NCBI GenBank assembly: GCA_965372795.1
Contig: CBDVDR010000007.1
Coordinates: 64,001 to 128,000, forward strand
Direction: 5' to 3'
Length of the DNA stretch: 64,000 nt
From: an uncultured bacterium
GTDB lineage: Bacteria; Zixibacteria; MSB-5A5; GN15; FEB-12
The position numbers and the translations under genes were made by a program. This document shows, piece after piece, positions 51,279-61,492 of the stretch; position 1 is the stretch's first letter; each line of letters opens with the position of its first letter. Under the pieces are notes generated by a model. It had not been told where the DNA came from. It was given only the letters and a program-made list of their open reading frames with translations, and searched no databases.

Positions 51279-51827
51279 TTAATTAATTCTTGTATATTTC
51301 AATTCCCATAACAAAACCCAGGTTGCACCGTTGTCTTTCGAGGTTTCCCAATTCCAGGTCAGACTGCTATCGGTTATATCATGGAATACCATTCGTTGGA
51401 TTTTGCTCACGCCATTAGTTTCTGTTTCTCTTAAAAAAATCATCTTACCTTCTTTGAACTCTCCGACAAAATCAAGATAACCGCCATAATTATCAACCCA
51501 GGTCTGCTGCCATTTTTCAGCCTTTTGATTGTAGGTTGATAAAGATTTTCCTTTATAATTTGCCGCCGGATTGCCATCAAAGTGTTCCATTATAACACAA
51601 CTGTCTAAAACTAATTCGATGCTGTTCGTACAGGTCGATTCCTGCCATTCATCCTTTTCAAAGGAAGTTCGCATTCGCGAATCAAGCGCCCATTCTCCAA
51701 GCCAAAAATCGAATTGTCTAAATTCGGGAGTACTGCAAGGTTGGGGGGGTAGTTGTTTGGTTGTGTCCTGAGCAAAAGAAGAAAGGCTTAAAAGTGAAAC
51801 CAATAATAGCATTGACAATAATTTCAT
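51279..51827 (-). CDS. Secreted hypothetical protein (DUF1579-like)
   Basis: Signal peptide; QFDFWLGEW, W.QTWVD, S.DNG.TW. Confidence 0.65.
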   Translation of the reverse strand: MKLLSMLLLVSLLSLSSFAQDTTKQLPPQPCSTPEFRQFDFWLGEWALDSRMRTSFEKDEWQESTCTNSIELVLDSCVIMEHFDGNPAANYKGKSLSTYNQKAEKWQQTWVDNYGGYLDFVGEFKEGKMIFLRETETNGVSKIQRMVFHDITDSSLTWNWETSKDNGATWVLLWELKYTRIN

Positions 51828-51937
51828 TTTATCAATCCTTTTAAAAAATTACTCTATTAATTTAACAGAATAACAATGAGAATTGTTCACTATGAATTAA
51901 TTTTTGAATTATCATTTTATGATTGGTTTATTTTAAT

Positions 51938-51969
51938 AAAAAAAGGCAGGAAATTTACATTTCCTGCCT
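51938..51969 (-). terminator. Terminator of the prpD operon
   Basis: AGGCAGGAAAT/ATTTCCTGCCT stem with T-run on the minus strand. Confidence 0.8.
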
Positions 51970-52001
51970 AAAAACTATTTATATCGTAACGAAGTTACTA
52001 C

Positions 52002-53375
52002 TTACTTATTAACAACCAATTCCGACATAAATTTCTCAGCTGACATCTTTTCACAGCTAAAAATGACCTTCTTTACATTTTCCATCTCTGTCTCAGAAAG
52101 CAATCCTTCAGCCAGAGAATTAAATTTAACGGTCAAATCATCATCGGTCATCGGTTCTCTTGGATCACCTTTGGGATATTCAAGATATTCTTCATATGAA
52201 TTTCCATCATTGGTTGTAATCACAACTTTAGATGGCTGTTTGGCGGGGAACATCTGTTCAAATTCCTGAGAGGCTTCCCCTTTGATTTTGTCAATAACTT
52301 CCCAAATCCGGGCATCTTTCATCTTTTCATCAGAGAAGGACTGGGTTGTAATCTGTTTGTCAACTATGGCAGCGGCCAGACAATACGGCAGAGAGTGATC
52401 GGCGGTCTCTCTTGATTCCGGACGATATTTGTGCTGATCAAAAAGAATATCACAAGCACGGGCAATCGTAGTAACGACTACTTCTTTGATATCATCATAG
52501 TTAATATCATTATCGCGGATAACTTTCAGTGTACAACTTAAATGAGTATGGGTTAAGGCTTCGGTTGGGAATGCTTTCATACTGCATTCTAAAATTTTAT
52601 ATTTTTCTCCCAAACCGCCAATCAGTTTATCTTCGTCCCATTTTGGTCCGAAAACATCCATCAATCCTTCTTTGCCTTCAAACACCGCTTCGGTTCCGCT
52701 GTAACCCTTTTGTGCCATCAGAGCCGCAAAGACTCCGCTCTGCACAGCCATCGGATCAACCGTATTTTTCATCATCGTCAATTTCCCGGCAGTAGGACAC
52801 CCGATAGTATGATTATGCGAACCATTGATACCGATAGCATTAACCATTTGATCAACAGTGAGACCGAGAATTTTACCGGCAACAATTGGAGACACAAATT
52901 GAGTCAAAGTTGCATGGTGCCATTTTCTTTCTCTTACTCCGGGTACGGCAAATTCACAAAGACGCATCTCAAATTCATAAGCTAAAACAATAGCCGTGAT
53001 GACTTCTTTCATGGACGCACCAACCATCTCAGCCATAGAGAGGGCAGCCGGGATGATATCTGATGGATGCGAAGGATCTTCTTTCCAATAGATGTCGTTG
53101 TAATCAAGCGCCCGAAACATCAGCGAATTCACCAGCGTAGCATTGACTGCCGGTATCCGATCACCAAATCCGATAACGGTAGCTTCTTCTTTACCAGCCA
53201 TATTGATATAAATATCACGCAGAATATTAACATCTTTCGTATGATATCCGCCATAGGCGCATCCGACCGAATCATAAAGATAGCGTTTAACTTCTTCAAT
53301 GACATCCGGCGGAAGATCGTTGTAGTTTAAGTTGACTGCAAATTCAGAAATTTTTCTTGAGATTGTCTTTTTCAT
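52002..53375 (-). CDS. MmgE/PrpD family protein
   Basis: RALDYND, HPSD, G.EG, RETADHSLPY, PKGDP. Confidence 0.9.
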   Translation of the reverse strand: MKKTISRKISEFAVNLNYNDLPPDVIEEVKRYLYDSVGCAYGGYHTKDVNILRDIYINMAGKEEATVIGFGDRIPAVNATLVNSLMFRALDYNDIYWKEDPSHPSDIIPAALSMAEMVGASMKEVITAIVLAYEFEMRLCEFAVPGVRERKWHHATLTQFVSPIVAGKILGLTVDQMVNAIGINGSHNHTIGCPTAGKLTMMKNTVDPMAVQSGVFAALMAQKGYSGTEAVFEGKEGLMDVFGPKWDEDKLIGGLGEKYKILECSMKAFPTEALTHTHLSCTLKVIRDNDINYDDIKEVVVTTIARACDILFDQHKYRPESRETADHSLPYCLAAAIVDKQITTQSFSDEKMKDARIWEVIDKIKGEASQEFEQMFPAKQPSKVVITTNDGNSYEEYLEYPKGDPREPMTDDDLTVKFNSLAEGLLSETEMENVKKVIFSCEKMSAEKFMSELVVNK

Positions 53376-53402
53376 TTTCTTTAAACTCTCTATTCAATAG
53401 AT

Positions 53403-55370
53403 TTATAAATTCTTTTTTACCCAGTTTTCAAGACCTTCAACAACTACCAGTTCCTGTGCAGCGGCACCGACCGGACTGATAGAATAAGTTTTCCCATTGT
53501 ATTCAATGATAGAGTTCTGGAAATCTACAACAACTTCCCCTCCGGATGCAACAGTTAGTTTTTCAATCCCGAGTTCTTTTTTTAAATCATCAACCAGTTC
53601 CGGACATTCGATAGTAAGAAACCCATTATTGAGCGCATTCCGTTTATATGTTTCGCTGAACGAACCGGCAATGACTAATTTTATCCCGCGATATTTTAAA
53701 GCCGTAGCCGCCTGTTCACGTGAAGAACCGGTTCCAAAATTGTACCCGCCGATTAAAATATCACCCTCATTAACAAGTTTTCCGAATTCGGAATCATAGT
53801 TTTCCATTACTACTTCAGCTTGTTGCTTTGGAGTAAAATCATCGACATAGGTATATTTTCCGGGATAAATACCATCGGTATTTAAATTATCCTGATGGCA
53901 GAAAATAAGCCTGCCTTCCAATCCTATTGAGAATCCATCAATAATCGGAACCGAGCCTGATGCTGTTGATTTTTGGGTCTTTATATTAATATCACCTTTG
54001 ATAGAAGCATCTTCGATTTCAAACGGCATGTCAACATGTCCAGCTATTGCCGAAGCGGCAACCACAGCCGGAGAGGCAAGGTACGCTTTGGCATCACGGG
54101 AGCCCATGCGTCCTTTGAAATTTCTATTTGTAGCCGAAATGCCAACTTCACCGTCTTTTAACAGTCCGGCACCAAGACCGATACAAGGTCCGCATCCGGG
54201 AGACAGCTCAATCGCACCCGAATCAAGCAGCGTCTGCCAATCACCGCGGCGTTCGCTTTCTTTTTGTACTTCACTTGAGGCAGCCGCAATATAGAACTCA
54301 ACACCATCAGCCACCTGTTTGCCTTTGACAACCTCTGCTGCTTCGGCAAGATCCTCAACCCGGCTATTAACGCAAGAGACCAGATATGCTTTATGAATCT
54401 TCATCTGTTTCTCTTTCATCTCAGTTGCGGGAGTCATAATTTTGACATGGTCCGGACCGGACAGATAAGGAGTTACTGAATCCAAGTCCAAAGTTAGTTC
54501 TTTAGCGTAAAAAGCGTCAGGATCCGGCTGAACAATATTAGCTTTTAATTCATCCAGGCGTTGTTTATTTAAACGGGGATGAGTTCCATTCCCATCAGAA
54601 TCAGATGGCACTCCTTCTAGCCCTCTTTTCTCAACAAAGGATATTCTCTGCTTGAGCCAATTGAGTGTAACTTCATCTATTGGGAAAACACCGGCAAGCG
54701 CTCCCCACTCGGTAGTCATATTTGAAATTGTTAATCTTTCATCAACCGAAAGATTAGCAATCCCATCACCAGAAAATTCTATGGCATGGTTCAGTACTTC
54801 ATCTTTATTGAAAAAACCACATAATGCAATAATGACATCTTTCCCGGTTACTCCTTTGCGAAGTTTCCCATTCAAATTAACTTTTGCTACCGGCGGAACC
54901 TGCCACCAGGTTCTTCCCGTTGCCCATATCGCCGCCGCATCCGTTCTAACAATCGGAGTTCCCAAACATCCCAATCCTCCATGCATATTGGAGTGACTGT
55001 CCGAGGCTACAATCATTCTTCCCGGCCAGGAATATCCTTCTTCACATAAAATCTGATGACCGATACCTCTTCCAGCCGGGTAAAAATCAACACCCATCTC
55101 TTTGGCAAAGGCTTCGATCCGGGCATACTTGGCAAGGTTTTCATCGCTTCTATTTTGAACATTATGATCAAGAGTAAAAACGACCTGACGAGGGTTGGCT
55201 ATTTTGGTAGCACCTATTGATTTAAATTTTGGTATAACTGCCCCGGTGTTATCATGGGTCATAACATGTGCCGGTTGTATCGACAGATAATCTCCGCTTT
55301 GGACAATCTGATTTTCTGCTAATCCAACAGCATACTTTTGAGCAATTTTTTCAACTATATTTTGAGCCAT
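53403..55370 (-). CDS. Single-chain homoaconitase-like (LysF/Lys4-type) aconitase-family hydratase
   Basis: MTHDN, DH, GIGHQ, SDSHSN, VSCVN, CGPCIG, TNRNFKGRMG, fused swivel domain NTDGIYPG..GSSRE. Confidence 0.85.
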   Translation of the reverse strand: MAQNIVEKIAQKYAVGLAENQIVQSGDYLSIQPAHVMTHDNTGAVIPKFKSIGATKIANPRQVVFTLDHNVQNRSDENLAKYARIEAFAKEMGVDFYPAGRGIGHQILCEEGYSWPGRMIVASDSHSNMHGGLGCLGTPIVRTDAAAIWATGRTWWQVPPVAKVNLNGKLRKGVTGKDVIIALCGFFNKDEVLNHAIEFSGDGIANLSVDERLTISNMTTEWGALAGVFPIDEVTLNWLKQRISFVEKRGLEGVPSDSDGNGTHPRLNKQRLDELKANIVQPDPDAFYAKELTLDLDSVTPYLSGPDHVKIMTPATEMKEKQMKIHKAYLVSCVNSRVEDLAEAAEVVKGKQVADGVEFYIAAASSEVQKESERRGDWQTLLDSGAIELSPGCGPCIGLGAGLLKDGEVGISATNRNFKGRMGSRDAKAYLASPAVVAASAIAGHVDMPFEIEDASIKGDINIKTQKSTASGSVPIIDGFSIGLEGRLIFCHQDNLNTDGIYPGKYTYVDDFTPKQQAEVVMENYDSEFGKLVNEGDILIGGYNFGTGSSREQAATALKYRGIKLVIAGSFSETYKRNALNNGFLTIECPELVDDLKKELGIEKLTVASGGEVVVDFQNSIIEYNGKTYSISPVGAAAQELVVVEGLENWVKKNL

Positions 55371-55391
55371 TATTAATTTCCTTTAAGATAT

Positions 55392-55940
55392 CTATGCATC
55401 CTTAACGAGATCAAAATCAATAAAATCACAATGATGAAAAATAATACTTTCTGCTAATCTTTTTTCTCCGGCACCCTCTTTTGAATGAGTAGCAATTACA
55501 TGCATTACCTCTGAAGGGACACCATGTTTGAAGGCAAGTCCGACACCACTGAAAGGATGACGGATATGTTTACCATAGTCGGATTTTTGGGGAGCACCGT
55601 CAACAATTTCAAATTCTAAAAGTTTGCCGACATCAGCAAGCAATGCTCCGGAAATCAGGTAGTCACGATTTACTTTTGTTTTATTGGCACCATGTACTTC
55701 ATCCAAAACTTCATCACAAGCAATACACATACGACAAACTGCGCGGACATGATCAATAAAAGTAATATTTACATTCTCAGCTAACAGAGTAAAGGGAATG
55801 TTGCGAAGTAATTCTTCAGACCAACCCCGAAACTCAATTGCTTCAATCCAGCAATCAATAGTTTGACCGCGAAGTTTTTCATCATTTATCAATTCTACTT
55901 CAGGTAATAATCTTTTTACTAATTCTATTTTCTCTGACAT
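55392..55940 (-). CDS. HD-domain (HDIG-type) protein with HD replaced by AD
   Basis: DHV..V, ALLADVGK, RHP.SG, H.I..HS, HCD. Confidence 0.8.
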   Translation of the reverse strand: MSEKIELVKRLLPEVELINDEKLRGQTIDCWIEAIEFRGWSEELLRNIPFTLLAENVNITFIDHVRAVCRMCIACDEVLDEVHGANKTKVNRDYLISGALLADVGKLLEFEIVDGAPQKSDYGKHIRHPFSGVGLAFKHGVPSEVMHVIATHSKEGAGEKRLAESIIFHHCDFIDFDLVKDA

Positions 55941-56229
55941 AATCAGCCCTTTCACACGATTCAATAATTTGGGGCAATCTACATAATTTGATCAGTCCTT
56001 GCAATACAACTTTTAAAGGAATCATGGATTTATTGAAATTATTTATATTAAATATATCTATTGATCATTAAAACTATAAATATTTTTATAACATCATCAG
56101 CATACCATAAAGCGCTGTATAACAGCGTTATAACATTATTATACATAACTAATCATTGATTTCTTAGTGATTAATGTCACAAAAGTATCAATTTTGTATT
56201 GACTCGGTCGATAAAACTACTTACTTGGT

Positions 56230-56245
56230 TAGTTAATGATAACTA
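56230..56245. promoter_or_regulatory. Putative TetR operator 1
   Basis: TAGTTA-ATGA-TAACTA just before the tetR RBS. Confidence 0.65.
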
Positions 56246-56260
56246 TATGGAGATTCTCTT

Positions 56261-56863
56261 ATGAGAAAAAAAATTGATAGAAAAAAACAGATACTTGAAG
56301 AAGCTACAAAATTGTTCAGCGCCCATGGTTATGACAAAGTAACTGTTAAAGATTTATCAATGGCAGTTGGAATTTCTGAACCGGCATTATACCGTCACTA
56401 TCAATCTAAAGCAGCAATATATGACACTGTTCTTCTCTCAATAGAATCACGTCTCGATTGCACTGATTTATTTATTGAGTTAGAAAAAATAGATGATTTA
56501 GATAAAATTCTAAAAACACTAGCTAGTCATATTCTTGTGTTCTTTACCGCTAATGAAGATCTGTACCGCCTACTCCTTTATTCAGCCTTAAAAGGACACG
56601 AAAAAGCCAATCAGATTTATCAAATTATCAGAGGATCATATATCAAATTTCTTATCAAAAAATTTGATGAGCTCTATCAAAAGGGCACAATAATCGAAAA
56701 GAAAAATGATATTACTGCCCGATGTTTTGTAGGAATGGTATTTGACTGTTCCTTAGGCACTACTCTTTGGAAAAATTTCCAGGGCAAAGTGTACAAACCA
56801 CACGAAGTTATAGCCAATAATATTCCAATCTATGTAAAAGGTTTATCAACAAAAGCTGAATAA
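56261..56863 (+). CDS. TetR/AcrR family transcriptional regulator
   Basis: IL..A..LF...GY...TV, GISEPALYRHY.SK helix-turn-helix. Confidence 0.93.
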   Translation: MRKKIDRKKQILEEATKLFSAHGYDKVTVKDLSMAVGISEPALYRHYQSKAAIYDTVLLSIESRLDCTDLFIELEKIDDLDKILKTLASHILVFFTANEDLYRLLLYSALKGHEKANQIYQIIRGSYIKFLIKKFDELYQKGTIIEKKNDITARCFVGMVFDCSLGTTLWKNFQGKVYKPHEVIANNIPIYVKGLSTKAE

Positions 56864-56905
56864 AGAATTATTTGAAATCAATGTATTTTTACACTTACAC
56901 GTAAG

Positions 56906-56923
56906 TTAGTTAACGCTAACTAA
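56906..56923. promoter_or_regulatory. Putative TetR operator 2
   Basis: TTAGTTA-ACGC-TAACTAA just before the RBS of the decaheme cytochrome. Confidence 0.65.
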
Positions 56924-56940
56924 TGCACCAAGGAGGTATC

Positions 56941-57876
56941 ATGTTTCAACACAACAAAGATGGTTCCCGATATCGCAAGTTTCTTGTGATAGGTATGGGA
57001 TTACTTGCCATCTTGCTTGTTGCTCCCGCAAGTTTTGCAGGAGTTGCAAACGATGTGTGTGCCGGTTGCCATGATGAAGTTAGTGAATCATTTCACAAAA
57101 CTTCTCACAGCAGCTATTTAGTGCAGGAGCAGTTCAGTTGTGAAAGCTGTCATGGATCAGCTATTGATCATATCAATAGTGGCGATCCGGAACAGATTAT
57201 CAACCCTGCTCGTCATGATCAGATTGGCGGAAAAGAACTCTGCTTGAGCTGTCACGACAATCATCGTTTTGATGAATGGAGTATTTCATCCCACAACACA
57301 GCCGGTCTTACTTGTGCCGATTGCCACAAGGTTCATGAAGACGGCGGCAATGTGGCGAAGAAATCTGCTCCGGAACTTTGCTATAGTTGTCATAGTAATG
57401 TTCGAGCTGCAATGTCTATGCCATCACACCACCCAATCATGGAAGGTCATATGACCTGTCAGGATTGTCATGGCGTTCATGGCGAAAAACCAGTAATGGC
57501 AATGAACGACGGAAGCAAAGAATTATGCTATAGTTGTCATGCAGAAAAAGAAGGACCTTTTGTTCACGAACATGCCCCGGTGAATGAAGATTGTATGATT
57601 TGTCATTCTCCTCATGGCACGGTTGCCAAAAGTCTTCTTAAACAGAGCGAGCCATCGTTATGTTTGAGCTGTCATCCAATGCATTTCCATGCTACAGTTG
57701 TCAGTATTGATGGAGATTTTACAACTCCGCTTGCACCTGAAAGAGCCGGAACATCAACTTCCGATTCCTTCAAATCAGGCATGTTGACCAAATGTACTCA
57801 GTGTCATACTGAAGTTCATGGTTCCGATATGCCTTCACAAACAATTTCAACCGGCGCCGCCGGATTAACCAGGTAG
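56941..57876 (+). CDS. DmsE/MtrA/PioA family periplasmic decaheme cytochrome c
   Basis: AGGAGG RBS; signal peptide; 10 CxxCH; HHP, GPF..EH.PV, HGS motifs. Confidence 0.93.
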   Translation: MFQHNKDGSRYRKFLVIGMGLLAILLVAPASFAGVANDVCAGCHDEVSESFHKTSHSSYLVQEQFSCESCHGSAIDHINSGDPEQIINPARHDQIGGKELCLSCHDNHRFDEWSISSHNTAGLTCADCHKVHEDGGNVAKKSAPELCYSCHSNVRAAMSMPSHHPIMEGHMTCQDCHGVHGEKPVMAMNDGSKELCYSCHAEKEGPFVHEHAPVNEDCMICHSPHGTVAKSLLKQSEPSLCLSCHPMHFHATVVSIDGDFTTPLAPERAGTSTSDSFKSGMLTKCTQCHTEVHGSDMPSQTISTGAAGLTR

Positions 57877-57885
57877 GAGAATTAA

Positions 57886-60066
57886 ATGAACAAATACAAA
57901 ATGATTTTTGTTGGTTTGCTCGTTCTTCTGCTGGCAGGATCTGTACTCTCAGCCGTAGAAAACGATGCTACAATCGAAAAGTATTCACTTTGGATCGGTA
58001 CTCATTACACCGAATTTTCTGATTATACTAAAAAAGTCGGAAAATATAATCTTGGTAATAATGAAATGTTACCTGAATTCATGGTGAATTACATTTCCAA
58101 ATCATCAAACGGAATGTTTTCACTTGATGGACATTACTTCGATGATCAAAATATTTTAGGTAAAGTAAAAACCACTATTAGTGATAAATTTAAAGCCAAA
58201 TTCCAATATCGTTCAATGACTTTACAGGAAGGTCAGGACCTTCTTGAAAATATTGAAGCCAGAGAATGGTTGGAATCAGCAGGTAAACCTGGTGGAAAGA
58301 TGTTAACCCACGAAATTCTTGATGTTGATGCTGATTACAAAACTCATCGTCAGGAAATTTTGGGCGAACTTGAAGTTCTACTATCAAAGAAAAACAATGT
58401 TCGTTTGATAGCTGCTCATCGTTCGGTCTTAAAAAAAGGTACCGAACAGAAGATTGCTTCCAACCATTGTTTTAGCTGTCACTTAACTTCGCAAAGTGCG
58501 AAGGTTGATCAACGGCAACACCAGTTTGAAACCGGTATTGATGCTGAAGTCATAAATTTCGATCTTGGATACCGTTTTGGGTATCGCTTGTTCGAAAGTA
58601 ATGCTACACCATCAACTGCCTTTTATGATGATGCTGTTCATCCTGTAAATGGAGGTTCCGGTGGAGAATTCGGAGCACGGGTGATCTATGATGACACAAT
58701 CACAACTTTCAGCCGGTATCCGAAAACCGAAAAAATATCACATAAAGTTCGCTTAAAAGGTGACGTTGGCACTGGTTATTTAACCGGTACAGTCGGATAT
58801 AGCAAAACCGAGAATAAGTATACTCAGCTTGCAAATCAAGCCTGGGTTGGAGCCGGAAGTTATTCTTTATTAATGAACGATAAAACACGTTTAATTGCTA
58901 AAGTTTCGGCAACTAAAGTAAAATCTGATAATGTCTTTATCGATTTACCGACTTATCGCGATGGTTTAGCTGATGGCAATTCATATGATTTTGATTATAT
59001 GCGATATTCATCACTTGATCGGATGGAATCAAAATTCATTGCTGAAATTATCACAAAACTAAACCCAAAATTGACTTTGTCAGTTTTAGTTGGATATAAC
59101 TTCACTAACCGTGATTATTATCCGGTTCGTAATGATGGAATTCAAACAAAAAAACTTATCGGTCAGTTTAAACTGAGATTTAGAAAAGGGCTTCGTTATA
59201 ACAACTCGTTCAAATACCGGTTTGAGAAAATTACTGATCCATTTGTTTCCTCAAGAGGATTGTTTGAAGAAGTTGGACATGGTAATGATATTCTGACTCC
59301 TTTGGTTCCAACTTCAAGTTGGGTCTTCTATTTCCAAAGAGAAGAACTTCGTTATCAGGATATTACTACGATGCCTACTCAGATCCACAAGTTTGAATGG
59401 CGTTCAACTTATTCACCTAACTCGAAGTACAGCATTAATATGGGTGTTAATGGCAAACTTGATAAAAACAGTGAATTGGGTCAGTTGGATGTGAAACATG
59501 TATCATACCAGCCAAACTTTTACATGAACTACACTCCAGATGCGAAATGGGCAATGACAACCGGCTATACTTATAGCTATGACAAGTCACAATTACCGAT
59601 TACGGTAGCCCTTTTCGATGGCTGAGGTGGCCATATTTTCCGCGACGCCGGTGGCGACGCTCGACACTATGGTTCTATGTACACCATGGCTGATTATGAA
59701 AACAAAGTTCACAATATTTATTTTACAACCAACTTCTTACCAACCGAAAAACTCCGTATTTTCGCTACTTTGGCTTACAACAAAGCTGAAGGATCGTTAG
59801 AAGAAGTCATTATGCCCGATATTGAAGCCCAATTAAATGGCGATCTTGAGGATCAGGATTTTACATTCGAAGAAATGCACACTTATAGTGATCTCGATTA
59901 TAAATATCTAAATCTCAATATTGGGCTTTCTTATGCTCTCACCCCAACTGTTTCCTGGACAGCTGATGGTGATTTTATTGATTTAACTGATAATACAGGG
60001 TATGTCTACGGAAATGAATCCGGATCATATTTCTTAATTCGGACCGGATTTAAGATAGATTTCTAA
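57886..60066 (+). CDS. MtrB/PioB-like outer membrane beta-barrel with CxxCH and in-frame TGA (candidate selenoprotein, 726 aa)
   Basis: Signal peptide; CFSCH at aa 195-199; TGA at 59623-59625 (codon 580); same frame stays open to 60066 and ends in a beta-signal (RTGFKIDF). Confidence 0.85.
59629..59674 (+). promoter_or_regulatory. Candidate SECIS element of the porin gene
   Basis: Lower stem GGCCATA/TATGGTT; upper stem GCG-A-CGCC-[GGT]-GGCG-A-CGC (59642-59660). Confidence 0.7.
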
Positions 60067-60094
60067 AAATCCTCTTTTTCTTAACTCCAATCTT

Positions 60095-60130
60095 CAAGGT
60101 TGTGTTATTTTCCAAAATAACGCAACCTTG
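60095..60130 (+). terminator. Long hairpin downstream of the porin (terminator or mRNA stabiliser)
   Basis: CAAGGTTGTGTTATTTT-CC-AAAATAACGCAACCTTG; no U-tract. Confidence 0.55.
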
Positions 60131-60287
60131 TGAAAAATAGCACTTGCGGTAATCAAGATAATATATATATTAGGCTATTAAAGATAGATTTTGGAGAGAA
60201 TAGCAGAAGGTTAACTTTTTATTATACAACGGCTTTTTAATAATAAGATAGTTTAGATTGTTTTAAAAAATACAAAAAAGACCGGAA

Positions 60288-61484
60288 ATGAACATGATGA
60301 AATACTTAAGTTATATACTAATCATTCTTTTAGCAGGCTCATTATCAGCCAATGAGAAATGCATCGAATGTCATCAAGCAAACCCTCCCCAGGGAATGGA
60401 AGCTGCCAAATATGATATTCGGACGCTGGATCTTTCTGTGCATAAAGATGCAGACTGTATTGATTGCCATAAAATTGATCCGGAAAAAAAACATGCCGGC
60501 GAAAAAGGTGTTCTTTGTGGCAATTGTCATGAAGATATTGAAGAGACCTATTGCAGATCTCCTCATCAAAATGGTCAACAAGATAATATTGACTTACTCC
60601 CAAACTGTGTGAAATGTCATGGCGGTCATGACATTCTTCGAAGTGATGATACAAACTCCATAACCAACCGCAAAAAGATTATAAAAATATGCATTAGCTG
60701 TCATGAAGACGAAAAATTAACCAGTGAAGTTAATCAGATTCCAGAAGCGGCAATGATTAAATCTTATGAAAATTCAGTTCATGGAAAAGCCTTGCTGATC
60801 GATGGCAACGAAGAAGCTCCTTCTTGTATTGATTGTCATGGAAGTCATTCTAATTTACCATCTGATAATCCCGATAGTCCGATTTATAAAACTCATATAG
60901 CCGAAACCTGTGGTAAATGCCACTTAGAAGAAGCTAAACATTTTCAGGAATCGATACATGGAGAAACTCTTTCCAAAGGTGTCCTGGAGTCACCAACCTG
61001 TACAAATTGTCACGGTGAACATAACATAAAGGCTCATCTTGATCCTGAATCAAAAGTTTATGCAACTAATGTTGTAAAAACCTGCAGTGGGTGCCATACC
61101 TCTGAGGTTATAGTAGGAAAGTATGGTCTTAAAGCTGACCGCATTGAAACATTCAAAGAATCTTTCCATGGAGTAGCAATAGAATTTGGTGAGACTAAAG
61201 CCGCTAATTGTGCATCCTGTCATGGGGTTCACGATATTTATCAACAATCCCATCCAAAGTCTTTGATAAATAAAGATAATATTCAGGCAACTTGCGGAAA
61301 ATGTCATGATGATCTTCCGGCTGATTTTTCACAAGGCACATTTCATAAATCTGCCAGCGATAAAGAATCCGGCGCAGAATATTATGTTAGAAATTTCTAT
61401 GTTTGGTTTATTACCATTTTAATCTTTGGTTTCATTATATATCGTGTTCTTGAATATAAGCGTCGTGTAAAACGTGTGGAGTAG
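60288..61484 (+). CDS. Membrane-anchored multiheme cytochrome c (11 CxxCH)
   Basis: Signal peptide, 11 CxxCH, repeated S.HG motifs, C-terminal TM. Confidence 0.92.
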   Translation: MNMMKYLSYILIILLAGSLSANEKCIECHQANPPQGMEAAKYDIRTLDLSVHKDADCIDCHKIDPEKKHAGEKGVLCGNCHEDIEETYCRSPHQNGQQDNIDLLPNCVKCHGGHDILRSDDTNSITNRKKIIKICISCHEDEKLTSEVNQIPEAAMIKSYENSVHGKALLIDGNEEAPSCIDCHGSHSNLPSDNPDSPIYKTHIAETCGKCHLEEAKHFQESIHGETLSKGVLESPTCTNCHGEHNIKAHLDPESKVYATNVVKTCSGCHTSEVIVGKYGLKADRIETFKESFHGVAIEFGETKAANCASCHGVHDIYQQSHPKSLINKDNIQATCGKCHDDLPADFSQGTFHKSASDKESGAEYYVRNFYVWFITILIFGFIIYRVLEYKRRVKRVE

Positions 61485-61492
61485 TTATAGAG

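Noticed and set aside
59618..59800. 60-aa alternative-frame ORF across the porin TGA (frameshift model)
   Set aside because: Not needed because both porin halves are already in one frame; the peptide is unrecognisable.
59677..60066. 129-aa ORF as an independent gene
   Set aside because: No signal peptide or clear RBS; it consists of the final beta-strands of the upstream barrel.
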